A stretch of DNA of 64,000 nucleotides from Planctomycetota bacterium (GTDB lineage Bacteria; Planctomycetota; UBA8108; UBA1146; JAJFFE01), in the NCBI GenBank assembly GCA_050246115.1, contig JBFWWP010000004.1, forward strand, positions 98,521 to 162,520, written 5' to 3'. The position numbers and the translations under genes are program-made. Each line of letters opens with the position of its first letter. Position 1 is the stretch's first letter. Under the pieces are notes generated by a model that worked only from the letters and a program-made list of their open reading frames with translations, was not told the DNA's origin and ran no database searches. Below are positions 9,413 to 19,678 of the stretch, piece after piece.

Positions 9413-10543
9413 ATGAAGTATCGGCGAATCCTGGTTCCCACGGATTTCTCAACCGGATCCGAGAGCGCCCTGCGCTACGCCTGCCGTTTTGCGCGGTGCA
9501 CCGCGAGCGAACTCGTGCTGCTCCATGTGCTGGATCTGCCGCTCTACTACTACCGCACACTCGAGACCCAGAGCGACAGCCCGCGTGAACTCCGACAACA
9601 CGCCTTCGAGCAAGCGCGTGCCAAGGCCCAAGAGATCCTGACTCGGCTTCCTGAGGCCGTGGACATTCCCGCGCACATCAGGGTCCGTACCGGGAGCGCG
9701 AGCCGCGAGATCATCGCCGAGGTCCAAGAGGAGAAGAACATCGATCTCGTGATCATCGCGACCTCGGGCCGTAGCGGGATTTCGCACGCACTCCTCGGCA
9801 GCGTGGCTGAGAAAGTGATCCGCACTTGCTCCTGCCCGGTGATCACGCTGCGCGAAGGCACGACCGGCTTTGCGCCAGACCAACGCTCTCTGCGTGGAGT
9901 CCTGTGCCCGTCCGACGCTTCGAAGTTGTCGGAAGGTGCATTCCCGACGGCGGTCGATCTGTGCCAGAGATTCCATGCACCGTTGCACGTACTCCACGTA
10001 CTCGAGGACCTCTCGGCGTATCCCATGGTCGAGTGGGCGTTCCTGCCAGACCAACAGATCAACGCGGTGTACGAGAAGGCGGAAGCGGACGCGCGCGCGA
10101 GCATCCAACAGGCGGTCGAGCAACGGTGCTCGTCGGCCGCCATCGTGTTCGACGTGAACGTTCGGCGAGGACACGCTGCCGACGGCATCGTCGAGGAAGC
10201 GAAGCGCACCGGATCGGACCTGATCGTCATGATGACGCACGGTCGCACCGGGTTCGAGCACTCGATTCTGGGCAGCGTCGCAGAGCGGGTGGCACGAACC
10301 GCAACGTGTCCAGTGTTGACCCTGCGCGTTACCAAGAAGAAAGAAAAGTCCAAGGACAAGAAGAAGGACAAGGTCGCGGAGCGGGAGCAGGCCGTTGCCA
10401 AGAAGCAGAAGGCGGCAGCAGCGAAGAGTCGCGAAGCAGCCGCCAAAGTAGAAGCCAAGAAGGCCAAGCAGGCGGCGAAGGCCGCCAAACAGAACGCGAA
10501 GAAGACCAAGGAGAAATCCAAAACGAAGCGCGCGGCAAAGTAG
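9413..10543 (+). CDS. Universal stress protein with tandem USP domains and a Lys/Ala-rich C-terminal tail
   Basis: ILVPTDFS; two ATP-binding-type motifs (GRSGISHALLGSVAEKV, GRTGFEHSILGSVAERV); about 70-aa K/A-rich tail. Confidence 0.9.
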   Translation: MKYRRILVPTDFSTGSESALRYACRFARCTASELVLLHVLDLPLYYYRTLETQSDSPRELRQHAFEQARAKAQEILTRLPEAVDIPAHIRVRTGSASREIIAEVQEEKNIDLVIIATSGRSGISHALLGSVAEKVIRTCSCPVITLREGTTGFAPDQRSLRGVLCPSDASKLSEGAFPTAVDLCQRFHAPLHVLHVLEDLSAYPMVEWAFLPDQQINAVYEKAEADARASIQQAVEQRCSSAAIVFDVNVRRGHAADGIVEEAKRTGSDLIVMMTHGRTGFEHSILGSVAERVARTATCPVLTLRVTKKKEKSKDKKKDKVAEREQAVAKKQKAAAAKSREAAAKVEAKKAKQAAKAAKQNAKKTKEKSKTKRAAK

Positions 10544-10703
10544 CACCGAGACCAACGCGTGCTGTCGTTCGCTTCGATCCGGAAGCGAAGCACGGTTGCG
10601 GTCGCCGCAGAGTCCAAAAGGCGCGGCTCGTGAAGCTCGAGCGTTCGACGGCGAGTTCATCCAAGCATCGGTCTCGAACGCCGCAGGCGAATGAAGGTAC
10701 GGC

Positions 10704-12380
10704 ATGAGGTCTTGGAGCATGTGGGCAGTTCTCATCGCAGGCTTCGGCTGGGGCACCCCCCTCCTCGGCCAGCCCGGTACCACGATCATCACCCATGGCT
10801 TCCAGTTGGACGGCGTGCTCCCGGCGTGGCCCGCGGTCATGGGTGCCGCGATGGCGCAGCTTCCCCAAGCCGCCGCGCCCACGGGCACCGTCCTCGTGTA
10901 CGACCCGAGCACCGGCGCGTGGTCTCCCGTGTTCGGTTCCGGAGACCCTACCGGGGAGATCGTCTTGATCTTCGACTGGGCCGACGACTCGTCGTGGTTT
11001 CCCGGCGACGACGATCGGCAGGGAACCGCTCATGGGGCGGCCGCCGCCCTCTACGGCGCGCTCCGTGCCCCGCACATTAGCGGCGCCCCGGCAATGACGA
11101 GCTTTCTCGCATGGCCGGGAGGTGCACCTCGACGACTCCACTTCCTGGGCCACAGTCGTGGGACCTGCGTGAACAGCGAGGTAGTTCGTCGACTGGTGGT
11201 CGCGGGCTACACGGTAGACCACGTCACGACGCTGGATCCTCACCCCGTTGGACCGGTGGCCGATCTCCTTGACCCGCAGCCGACCACTTGGGTTGGTGTG
11301 AACTGGGCCGACAACTACTTTCGTCAGGATGACTGTGACCTCGACTACGGTTGTTTCGGGTTCGACTTCGATGGTCAGCAGATCATCGGTGCCGCGAACC
11401 ACGACCTCGGGCTCGACGCCTTCGGACTGATCGACAACCGCCTGAACAGTTGCAGCTTGGAGCACTCCTTGGTGCACACCTGGTATCACGGCACGATCGA
11501 TACCGCGACGGCGTCGGACGGCGACTGTCCGGTCGAGCGTGCCAACTGGTACTTCGCGGGGGGGGTCGGCGAAGGTTACGCCTTCTCGCAGGTCGCGGGT
11601 GGAGCCTCGCAACGTCCCTGTGGTCCGAGCGGCGGGTGCGCGGACGCGGGACGCACCGTCGCGACGCCAGCGTCCCCGATCATCAACGGCGACTTCGAGT
11701 TCGGGGCATTCCAGGACGCGGGATGGCGCTGGCACGGTGGCGGCGGCCCAGGGCGGATCATCGAGGAATCCGGGAACTCCTTCCTGACCCTCGACTCCAC
11801 GGGGCCGTCGCGGACTCACAGTCGTTTCTACCTGGACGTCTTCGCAACGAACCTGCAGTACGACCTACGGGTGTTCGCGCCGGGGGCCGCAGCTTCCTTG
11901 GTGATCACGTTGAGAGAAGCCGGATCGCTCGTCGACCTGCTCATCGACAGCGTCCCGCTCTCGTCTTCGACGTCCTGGAGCGCTCGCAGCGTTGACCTGA
12001 CCAGCATCCCCAAGGGGCGGCTCTACTCGCTGACGGTAGCGCTCACGCCCGCCAACACCTTGGCCATTGCCGACCTGGACGAGTTCGGCCTCGAGTTCGC
12101 GGCCGGACCGCAGTTCTGGCGCGGCGACTGCAACGGCGACGGCGCCATCGATCTCGCCGACGCCGTGGCGGCGCTCAGCGCCTTGTTTGGAGCCGGTGGC
12201 CCGCCGCCTTGTGGCGTCGCTTGCGACGCGAACGACGACGGCACGTTCGACGTGGCCGATGCGGTCTCGACCCTGCTCGCGCTCTTCGGATCGGCGGGTC
12301 CGCTACCGCCCCCCAGTGTCGGCTGCGGACCCGACCCGACCGCAGATGCGCTGGATTGCGCAAACCCGACCTGCCCATGA
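10704..12380 (+). CDS. Secreted alpha/beta-hydrolase-fold protein with a CBM-like region and C-terminal dockerin-like domain
   Basis: Signal peptide; ITHG; nucleophile elbow GHSRG; VTTLDPHP; INGDFE; C-terminal FWRGDCNGDG...CGPDPT. Confidence 0.75.
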   Translation: MRSWSMWAVLIAGFGWGTPLLGQPGTTIITHGFQLDGVLPAWPAVMGAAMAQLPQAAAPTGTVLVYDPSTGAWSPVFGSGDPTGEIVLIFDWADDSSWFPGDDDRQGTAHGAAAALYGALRAPHISGAPAMTSFLAWPGGAPRRLHFLGHSRGTCVNSEVVRRLVVAGYTVDHVTTLDPHPVGPVADLLDPQPTTWVGVNWADNYFRQDDCDLDYGCFGFDFDGQQIIGAANHDLGLDAFGLIDNRLNSCSLEHSLVHTWYHGTIDTATASDGDCPVERANWYFAGGVGEGYAFSQVAGGASQRPCGPSGGCADAGRTVATPASPIINGDFEFGAFQDAGWRWHGGGGPGRIIEESGNSFLTLDSTGPSRTHSRFYLDVFATNLQYDLRVFAPGAAASLVITLREAGSLVDLLIDSVPLSSSTSWSARSVDLTSIPKGRLYSLTVALTPANTLAIADLDEFGLEFAAGPQFWRGDCNGDGAIDLADAVAALSALFGAGGPPPCGVACDANDDGTFDVADAVSTLLALFGSAGPLPPPSVGCGPDPTADALDCANPTCP

Positions 12381-13603
12381 CTTCGAGCCCCCAAGAGCCG
12401 GGGTGGCGGCGCAGCGTCGGCGTCATTCATTCCGTAGGATCGTGGATCCTCGTGTTGGGGCTGGGCGTCGCAGCGCTACTGGTCGTCACCCCCGCTCCCA
12501 GCCTCGCGCTGTTTCGACTCGGCTTGATCGTGACGGAGTACGGGCACTGGCTCGCGCCAGCCCTCGTCGCAGTGGTGCTCACCACCCGCGCGCGCGACAC
12601 GACCGGGCGCGTTCGTCGCCTGCGGATCGGTCGCTCGGCGCTCGCTCTGGTTGCGGCCTCGCTGCTGATCAGCCCAGCAGTGCGCGCGTCGAACGCTGCG
12701 CCTGGCATCGCGGCCACGCTGACCGAAGCTGGCCTCACGCCCAGGGACCCCGTTGCCGGACGGCTTCGCGGGACACCGTTGCACGCCCTCGAACTGTGGC
12801 TCGGCGTCCCCGTGGATCGCCGCCCGATCGTCGAACGGACCTACTCACGATCCACGGGGGTAGACCTGAGACTCGACTTCCTGGCTGCAAGCGGCGCTGG
12901 AGAAGCCGGCAAGCCGTGCGTCGTCGTGGTCCACGGTGGTGGTTGGGACAGTGGTTCGCGCAAGGAGTTCCCCGAGCTATCGCACTATCTCGCGAACCGC
13001 GGGGTGAGTGTCGCCAGCATCGATTACCGGCTCGCACCCCGGCACCCCTGGCCCGCAGCGCGCGACGACGTCGTCACCGCGCTCGAGTACCTGCGCACGA
13101 ACGCCGTCGAACTCGACATCGACCCGAACCGATTCGTGTTGCTCGGCCGTTCCGCAGGTGCCCAAGTTGCGGCCGCGGCGGCGTACTCCCGTGCGGATCT
13201 CGGCGTCTGCGGACTGGTGGCGTTGTACGGCCCCATGGACATGCACTTCGCTTGGCGTCACGCCCGTGCCGATGACATTCTGGATTCGCCGCGCCTGATC
13301 GCGAGTTACCTCGGAGGCTCCCCTACTGCGGTGCCCACGGCATTCGACGAGGCCTCCCCCATCGGCTTCGTGAACGCGAGTACACCACCGACCCTCCTCC
13401 TCCATGGACTACGGGATGACCTGGTCTGGTACCGTCAGAGCGAGCGCCTCGCGGAACGGCTCGCATCCATGGGGGTTGCGCACGCGCTGATCCAGCTCCC
13501 CTGGGCAAACCACGGGTTCGACTATAACCTGAGCGGGCCGGGTGGGCAGGCCACGGTCTATGCCGTGGAACACTTCGTGGCTGCGGTCACCGACAGCGGT
13601 TGA
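12377..13603 (+). CDS. Membrane-anchored alpha/beta hydrolase (HSL-like esterase/lipase)
   Basis: ATGA overlap with the upstream gene; N-terminal TM segments; HGGGW, DYRLAP, GRSAG, PPTLLLHG.RDDLV, HGF. Confidence 0.85.
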   Translation: MTSSPQEPGWRRSVGVIHSVGSWILVLGLGVAALLVVTPAPSLALFRLGLIVTEYGHWLAPALVAVVLTTRARDTTGRVRRLRIGRSALALVAASLLISPAVRASNAAPGIAATLTEAGLTPRDPVAGRLRGTPLHALELWLGVPVDRRPIVERTYSRSTGVDLRLDFLAASGAGEAGKPCVVVVHGGGWDSGSRKEFPELSHYLANRGVSVASIDYRLAPRHPWPAARDDVVTALEYLRTNAVELDIDPNRFVLLGRSAGAQVAAAAAYSRADLGVCGLVALYGPMDMHFAWRHARADDILDSPRLIASYLGGSPTAVPTAFDEASPIGFVNASTPPTLLLHGLRDDLVWYRQSERLAERLASMGVAHALIQLPWANHGFDYNLSGPGGQATVYAVEHFVAAVTDSG

Positions 13604-13750
13604 ACGACGCGATGGGAGCTGCGGCTTCGCGACACGGGGTCGCTGCTCGCCCGGGCTGCGAATTCGCCGACGCGCGCCAGTCGCGAGGTTGCGCCAGTTG
13701 CGAGGTTGCACCGCGCGCGACTCCGGAGAACGACCACGAGGGGATCGTCC

Positions 13751-15697
13751 ATGACGCACTCGGCATCGTCACCCGAACCGTCGCCACCGCGCGCGTGGTG
13801 GCTCGACGTGGGAATCGTCGTGCTGCTGTGCGGCGTATGCGCCGGCGTGTTTGCGAATGGAGTGCACGGCGACTTCGTCTACGATGACGTGCGGCAGATC
13901 CAGCAGAACCGCCTGATCGCGGATCCCGCGCTCCTGTGGAGGGCGCTCGTCTCCGACGTTTGGGCCTTCAAAGGCGATCGCGGTTCGAGTTGGAGCAATT
14001 ACTGGCGCCCCACCTTCGTGTTGTACCTCGTGTTGAACCAGCGCTTGTTCGGCACCGAGGATCCCTTGGGTTGGCACGTGATGAACGTGTCGCTCCACGC
14101 CGTCGTCGTGACCTTGGGCTATGGGCTACTCCGTTCACTCGGCGCGAGCCGCGCGCTCGCCGCTGCGGTGGCGCTGCTGTTTGCGGTCCACCCGGTGCAT
14201 GTGGAGTCGGTAACGTGGATCTCCGGCAGTCCTGACCTCCTGGTCGCGATCGGCACCCTCGGCGCCCTCGGGTGCGTCATGAGCGACTACCGACGACCTC
14301 GGCGTCGGACGAAGTTCGGCGGTTTGGCCCTTTATGCCTTCGCGCAGCTCGCGAAGGAAAGCGCTGTGCTGTTCCCGGCGCTCGTGTTCGCAACCGTGTT
14401 TCTGCTCGACCCAGGGTTCACCCAGCGACGGCTGAAGCGGGCCGCGAAAGCAACCGTGCCGTTCGCAGCCCTGACCCTCCTCTACCTCATCGCTCACCAC
14501 CGGATCGCCCCACCCATTGACGTTGCCTGGGATCCGGGGCTCGGCGGGATCCTGCGTACGGCGCCCCTGGTTTTGAGTTTCTATCTGCGGCAGGCACTGT
14601 TGCCGGTGTGGATCGGCCCCGCGTACCCGCTGCGGGCGCTCGGACCCGACGACCTGGATTGGCTCAACTTCACCGTCCCGCTGGCGGTGGCGATCGCGGG
14701 CGGAGCTGGACTGCTCTATGCCGCACGTCGCGACCCGGTGCGCCAGGTAGGCCTGCTCTTGTTTGCGTTGCTGCTCGCTCCGGCCTTCTACCTTCGTGCG
14801 TTTCGGCATGAGGAGATCGTGCACGACCGCTACCTGTACCTTCCGCTCCTCGGTCTCCTCGCTGCTCTCCTTCCCACGTTGGCGACCGCCGTGACGCACT
14901 GGCTGCCGCGCTCGGGCCCGCGTGTGCTCACAGCGTCTGTGTGCATCGTCGCGGCGCTCCTCGCCGTACAGACCGTGCGGTGCAATCGCACGTGGAGTTC
15001 GGCCGAGACACTTTGGACGCGAGCGGTCGAATCCGCACCGAACGCAGCCCACGCCTGGTCCGAGCTTGCGAATGTTCACTACCGGCGCCCAGCCTCGACG
15101 CCGGCGGAGCGGCAAGCGCGCGCGAACGACGCCAAGCGCTGTGTCGACCGAGCGCTCGAGTTGTATCCGGCAACCCAGGCATTCTTGTTGCGCGGTGTGA
15201 TCGCGCGGGACGAGCGACGCTTCGATGACGCCGTGGCCGATTTCGAGCGCATCCTGGCGCACCATCCGGAGCACGTGCTGGCGTACGAGAACCTCGCGGT
15301 TTGCCACGATGCCGCCGGCCATACCGAGGCGGCCATCGCGGCGCTCGAACGCGCTCGCGCCAAGGTGCCGTACCGCTATGCGACCTGGACCGAGAAGATC
15401 GCGGTTTGTTACTATCGCCTCGGTCGGCAAGACGACGTCGTGCGCGAGCTCGAAGAAGCCCGACCCCGGGTCGCCCAAGAGTACCGACTCGTCCCCGAGG
15501 CCAGTCTCGTGCTCTACCGGCTCGCTTCGATCCGCGCCGCTCGCGGCGAGACGCAGCTCGCGCGCGACGCTGCCACCGAGTTCCTTCGGCTCACTGCCGA
15601 CACGTCGCACCCGGGAATCCAGCGACGGCGCGCAGAGACCGAGACCTTGCTCGAGACCGTCCCCGCATTCGACGCAACGGCCCCATCGCAGAAGTGA
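13751..15697 (+). CDS. TMTC-like GT-C protein glycosyltransferase with C-terminal TPRs
   Basis: FVYDD, YWRP, LFAVHPVHVESVTWISG, AKESA and DRYLYLP motifs; multiple TM helices followed by TPRs. Confidence 0.85.
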   Translation: MTHSASSPEPSPPRAWWLDVGIVVLLCGVCAGVFANGVHGDFVYDDVRQIQQNRLIADPALLWRALVSDVWAFKGDRGSSWSNYWRPTFVLYLVLNQRLFGTEDPLGWHVMNVSLHAVVVTLGYGLLRSLGASRALAAAVALLFAVHPVHVESVTWISGSPDLLVAIGTLGALGCVMSDYRRPRRRTKFGGLALYAFAQLAKESAVLFPALVFATVFLLDPGFTQRRLKRAAKATVPFAALTLLYLIAHHRIAPPIDVAWDPGLGGILRTAPLVLSFYLRQALLPVWIGPAYPLRALGPDDLDWLNFTVPLAVAIAGGAGLLYAARRDPVRQVGLLLFALLLAPAFYLRAFRHEEIVHDRYLYLPLLGLLAALLPTLATAVTHWLPRSGPRVLTASVCIVAALLAVQTVRCNRTWSSAETLWTRAVESAPNAAHAWSELANVHYRRPASTPAERQARANDAKRCVDRALELYPATQAFLLRGVIARDERRFDDAVADFERILAHHPEHVLAYENLAVCHDAAGHTEAAIAALERARAKVPYRYATWTEKIAVCYYRLGRQDDVVRELEEARPRVAQEYRLVPEASLVLYRLASIRAARGETQLARDAATEFLRLTADTSHPGIQRRRAETETLLETVPAFDATAPSQK

Positions 15698-16085
15698 CCC
15701 GACGTCGCTCCGATGCCTCCGCATTGCGGGAGCCGTGCTCGGGACCGGCCGCGCGATCCGGCGGCCCAGAACACGCCGAAGACGCGACGGCGGAGCCTTG
15801 CCCCGTCGGACCACACGCTTCGCGCCCGCGACTCAGGCGCGAGCCGCTGGGGTCGCCTTGCGCGCCGTTCCCCGAGACGAGGTGGTGAGTCCTCGAACGT
15901 CCTCGCCGACACCCGGGAAGATCCGCCGTTTTCCGTGGCTTTTTGGGGAGCCCATGCGAAAGAATCCTCCGGTGTGCGCGTGGCGGCGTCCGCGAACCCG
16001 GCGACGAGACGAGCGTGCACAACGAACCCGCACGATCCAGAACGCACTCGTACAACTTCGCGACACGGGAAGGTCGACGACTTCG

Positions 16086-17348
16086 ATGGCAGAGCCCACC
16101 GGCGTGTCCAGGTTTCTCCCTCCCCGACCATCGGGCGTCGTTCCACGGGACACCTCGACAGAGCACGACCGACGCGCGGCCGTGGCCGACCCCGACTCGG
16201 GTCCGGTGCAGGAGGTCGGAGTCCTGATCGTCGGTGCGGGGCCTTACGGTATCGCGCTGGCGCTCGAACTACACCGCCTCGGCGTTCCCTTCGCCGTTTG
16301 CGGCGAGCCCTTCAAGCTGTGGCTGCATCACACCCTACCGAGTGCGGCCCTACGTTCGGATGCACGCACGAGCGAGGTCTACTCGCACGACGATCGTTTC
16401 GCCATGGAAGCGATCCTTGCCGAACGTTACGGAACCGTGGAGGCCCGCCGCATCTGCCGTGAGCGGATCCCGGTCTCGCTCTACCGCGAGTACCTCCAGC
16501 GGGTGTGCGAGCGCCTCCCGTTTGCAGTCCAGCGCGAGCTGATCGAGCAGCTCACCCGTACCGACAGCGGTTTCGCGGCCCGAACGAGCCGTGGCTCCGT
16601 GATCCATTCCACGCAGGTCGTACTTGCGTGTGGGCCAGAGCCACACCAAAGACTCCCGCGGGCACTCGCAAGCATCACTCCCGACCGTGTCATCCACGGC
16701 TGGGACACGGAGCGCTACCAAGCGCTGAGCCAGAAGCGGGTGTTGGTGGTGGGGTCTGGTCAGTCCGCGGCGGAGGCGATCGCGCATCTGCTGCCGCACA
16801 ACGAAGTGACGTGGGTGTACCGCACCGCGCCGATCTTCTGGGCCGATCCGATTCACCTGCCGGCACCGATCTTTCGGCTGTTGCTGCACGCGTCGACGTG
16901 CTTTCGTTGGCTCCCTTCTGCGCCGCGACGGTGGCTGGCCCGCTTGTTCACGGGTAGCACGATCACGCCGGATTTGGAAGCGGCCGTGTTCTCTACCCAG
17001 GTGGATCGCATCGAGTGCGACATCGATGGACTTGCTCTCGTCGACGTCGGCTCCGAGATCCAGAGCCGCAAGCTCGAGCGTTCCTTCGATCGCGTGGTCG
17101 CCTGCACGGGTTACCGGACGAGCTTCGCCAACCTGCGCTTCCTCGCTCCCGAACTCGCCGCAGCGACGTGCTGCCAACAGGGCTTCCCGGAACTCGATCG
17201 CAACTACGAAACCAGCGCGCGCGGTGTGTTCGCGATTGGCAGCCTGGCCGAGCCGCGCCACGGACCCGCACAACGCTTCGTCATGGGAAGCCAGAACGCC
17301 GCGATCGCCGTCTCGCGAGTGCTCGCGCGTCGCCACGAAGCTTCCTGA
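16086..17348 (+). CDS. FAD/NAD(P)-dependent oxidoreductase (pyridine nucleotide-disulfide oxidoreductase-like)
   Basis: IVGAGPYG, VVGSGQSAAE, ACTGY and ETSARGVFAIG motifs. The start is uncertain; the upstream part of the ORF-track call looks non-coding. Confidence 0.8.
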   Translation: MAEPTGVSRFLPPRPSGVVPRDTSTEHDRRAAVADPDSGPVQEVGVLIVGAGPYGIALALELHRLGVPFAVCGEPFKLWLHHTLPSAALRSDARTSEVYSHDDRFAMEAILAERYGTVEARRICRERIPVSLYREYLQRVCERLPFAVQRELIEQLTRTDSGFAARTSRGSVIHSTQVVLACGPEPHQRLPRALASITPDRVIHGWDTERYQALSQKRVLVVGSGQSAAEAIAHLLPHNEVTWVYRTAPIFWADPIHLPAPIFRLLLHASTCFRWLPSAPRRWLARLFTGSTITPDLEAAVFSTQVDRIECDIDGLALVDVGSEIQSRKLERSFDRVVACTGYRTSFANLRFLAPELAAATCCQQGFPELDRNYETSARGVFAIGSLAEPRHGPAQRFVMGSQNAAIAVSRVLARRHEAS

Positions 17349-17789
17349 CTGGGCTCTGCCATCGACGGCGAACGAAGCGCTGCCGAGGCTCGCCTCTCGT
17401 TCGTGAGCCGATGGGGCCAGTCCCGGTGCTGCTCGTGATGCACGACTTCTCGCGAGAAACTCGATCCCAGGGGTGACCTCGGTGGGCCCATCGTGTAGAG
17501 TCCCCGGGTAACACCTTACTGAGTCCGGACTGAGTCCGGTCGACGCGAGGCCCACTGCGCGCCCTGCGGGTGGGGCTCGTTCGTTCGAGTGCGCGTCAAG
17601 ACTCGTTTCGACGGTCGTGAGCACAATGGCCAGAGCCTCCTCGATCGAGGAGCCAGTCTCGGCCCGCGTCCGCGCCTCGCCCAACCCACACCCAGAGAGC
17701 GACGCGTTGCCGTTCTCGTCGACGGTCTCGATGCGCACTCTCGTCGAGCGAGCCTCCCCTGGCTCTCGCAGCGGCTGCAAAGGAGTGAA

Positions 17790-18575
17790 ATGAAGCACCC
17801 ACAGCACCACGTCAGGTTCCCGGTCACGGAACCCCACCAGCTGGACCAGGACGAGTCCTATTTCCTCTTGGTCGAGGATGGCACCGAACGCCGACTGCGC
17901 TTCCACGACTACCGACAAATCTATCAACGACCCGGTCTGTACGAGCAGCTCTTCTACCAACGACTGAAGTGCGGCTCTCCGAAGCGAGTCGCAGACATCC
18001 TCAGCAAGGTCCTGCGCGACAACCGCGAGGAAATGTCAGAGTTGCGTGTCCTCGATCTCGGCGCCGGCAACGGGATGTTTGGGGAACAGCTCCAGTCGAT
18101 GGGGGTCGCCCGCGTCATTGGGGTCGACATCTGCCGAGAAGCGGGCATGGCTTGTGACCGAGATCGACCCGGAGTCTATGACGCGTACTTCGTACGCGAT
18201 CTCTGCGAGTTGGACGCCGAGACCCAGCGGGAGCTCGCGGAGTGGCAGATCGACTGCCTCTCTTGTGTGGCCGCGCTCGGATTTGGGGACATTCCTGCGC
18301 GAGCCTTTGCCAATGCATTCAATCTGGTTGCCGCATCCGGCTGGATCGCCTTCAACATCAAGGAGTCGTTCCTCCTCGAGAGTGACACTTCCGGCTTCTC
18401 GCGGTTGATCAAGTCGTTGCTCGTCAACGACGCGCTCGAGGTGCACCATCTCGAACGCTATCGCCACCGGATCTCGATCGACGGACGTCCGTTGTTCTAC
18501 TACGCACTGGTGGGACGGAAGGAGTCGGATATCCCGAACCGAATCATGGACTCCCTCGGGGACACCGTCGCTTGA
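17790..18575 (+). CDS. Class I SAM-dependent methyltransferase
   Basis: VLDLGAGNG motif I; VIGVD; AGGAG RBS before ATG 17790. Confidence 0.85.
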   Translation: MKHPQHHVRFPVTEPHQLDQDESYFLLVEDGTERRLRFHDYRQIYQRPGLYEQLFYQRLKCGSPKRVADILSKVLRDNREEMSELRVLDLGAGNGMFGEQLQSMGVARVIGVDICREAGMACDRDRPGVYDAYFVRDLCELDAETQRELAEWQIDCLSCVAALGFGDIPARAFANAFNLVAASGWIAFNIKESFLLESDTSGFSRLIKSLLVNDALEVHHLERYRHRISIDGRPLFYYALVGRKESDIPNRIMDSLGDTVA

Positions 18576-18656
18576 TCGTCCGACCGTCGCCGTGCGAGCC
18601 AGATCTCGGCCGCGCGCTGGGGCGGCTCGCCAAGGCCTGCCGTGCGGACTTGCCGC

Positions 18657-18702
18657 ATAAGCACCGTTGATTGTGATCTGAATTTTGATAGCCTGTGGTT
18701 AT
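18657..18702. promoter_or_regulatory. Putative OxyR/LysR autoregulatory binding site
   Basis: AT-rich patch ATAA-N7-TGAT...ATAG-N7-TTAT overlapping the oxyR start; resembles the OxyR ATAG-N7-CTAT repeats. Confidence 0.45.
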
Positions 18703-19621
18703 GGAAGTGACCATCCGGCACTTAGAGTACGTGGTCGCCTTGTCGGAAGCTCAGAGCTTCAGCCGAGCGGCGGAGCGTTGCCATGTGACGCAACCGGCTC
18801 TCAGCACGCAGATCCAACGGCTCGAAACCCACCTCGGGGTGAAGCTGTTCGAACGGGGCAATCGCCAGGTCCTGCTGACCCACGCCGGCACCCAGGTGAC
18901 GCAGATCGCGCAACGGGTGCTCGGGGACGTGCGCGCGCTGGCTGGGGCCGCGGCTACCTTCGCCAACCCGCTCGCTGGAACCCTGCGACTGGGCGTGATT
19001 CCGACCGTGGCGCCGTACTTCCTGCCGCGCGCGATGGTTGCCATCCGAAAGCACTTGCCCGAGCTGCGGTTCCTCGTCCGGGAGGAACGTACGCAAGAGC
19101 TCGTGGCGCGGGTGCAGCGTGGGGACACCGATCTGCTGCTCTTGGCACTCGAAGCCGAACTCGAGAATCTCGAGACGTTCCCTCTGTTCGAGGATCCCTT
19201 CGTCGTGGCCATGCCGCCGCAGCATCCCCTCGCTCGACGCCGGCAAATCCGACAGCGCGACTTGGCTGGGGCGCCGGTGCTGCTCCTCGAAGACGGCCAC
19301 TGCCTGCGGGATCAAGCGCTACCCCTCTGTGAGTCGGCAGGGGCTTGCGAGATTGCCGACATTCGAGCAACCAGCCTCGTCACGCTCCTGCAGATGGTCT
19401 CTGCGGGCCTGGGTCTCACGCTGATCCCGCGGCTCGCCGTCGACGTCGAGACGCGACGCGACCGCGGCCTCGTGCTGCGCCCGCTCTCCAGCCCCCGTCC
19501 GTTTCGCACCATCGGACTGGCGTGGCGACCGTCCTCCCCGCACGTCGAGCACTACAGGCGCTTGGCGCAGCTGTTTTGCAAGGCCGCTCCGGTGCTCACC
19601 CGAATCGATGAGCGCACGTGA
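18701..19621 (+). CDS. oxyR: Hydrogen peroxide-inducible genes activator OxyR (LysR family)
   Basis: LysR HTH (SFSRAAERCHVTQPALS); LRLGVIPTVAPY; LLEDGHCLRDQALPLC with both redox Cys; RATSLVTL. Confidence 0.9.
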   Translation: MEVTIRHLEYVVALSEAQSFSRAAERCHVTQPALSTQIQRLETHLGVKLFERGNRQVLLTHAGTQVTQIAQRVLGDVRALAGAAATFANPLAGTLRLGVIPTVAPYFLPRAMVAIRKHLPELRFLVREERTQELVARVQRGDTDLLLLALEAELENLETFPLFEDPFVVAMPPQHPLARRRQIRQRDLAGAPVLLLEDGHCLRDQALPLCESAGACEIADIRATSLVTLLQMVSAGLGLTLIPRLAVDVETRRDRGLVLRPLSSPRPFRTIGLAWRPSSPHVEHYRRLAQLFCKAAPVLTRIDERT

Positions 19622-19678
19622 GCATTCGGCAAGTCGGGCAAAACCACCGCCCGCTCGCACGGGGTCGATCGACCTCGG

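Noticed and set aside
15225-16085. N-terminal extension of the 707-aa ORF-track oxidoreductase
   Set aside because: It overlaps the TMTC-like gene and translates to low-complexity Arg/Ser/Pro. The Rossmann motif starts only after about 16220.
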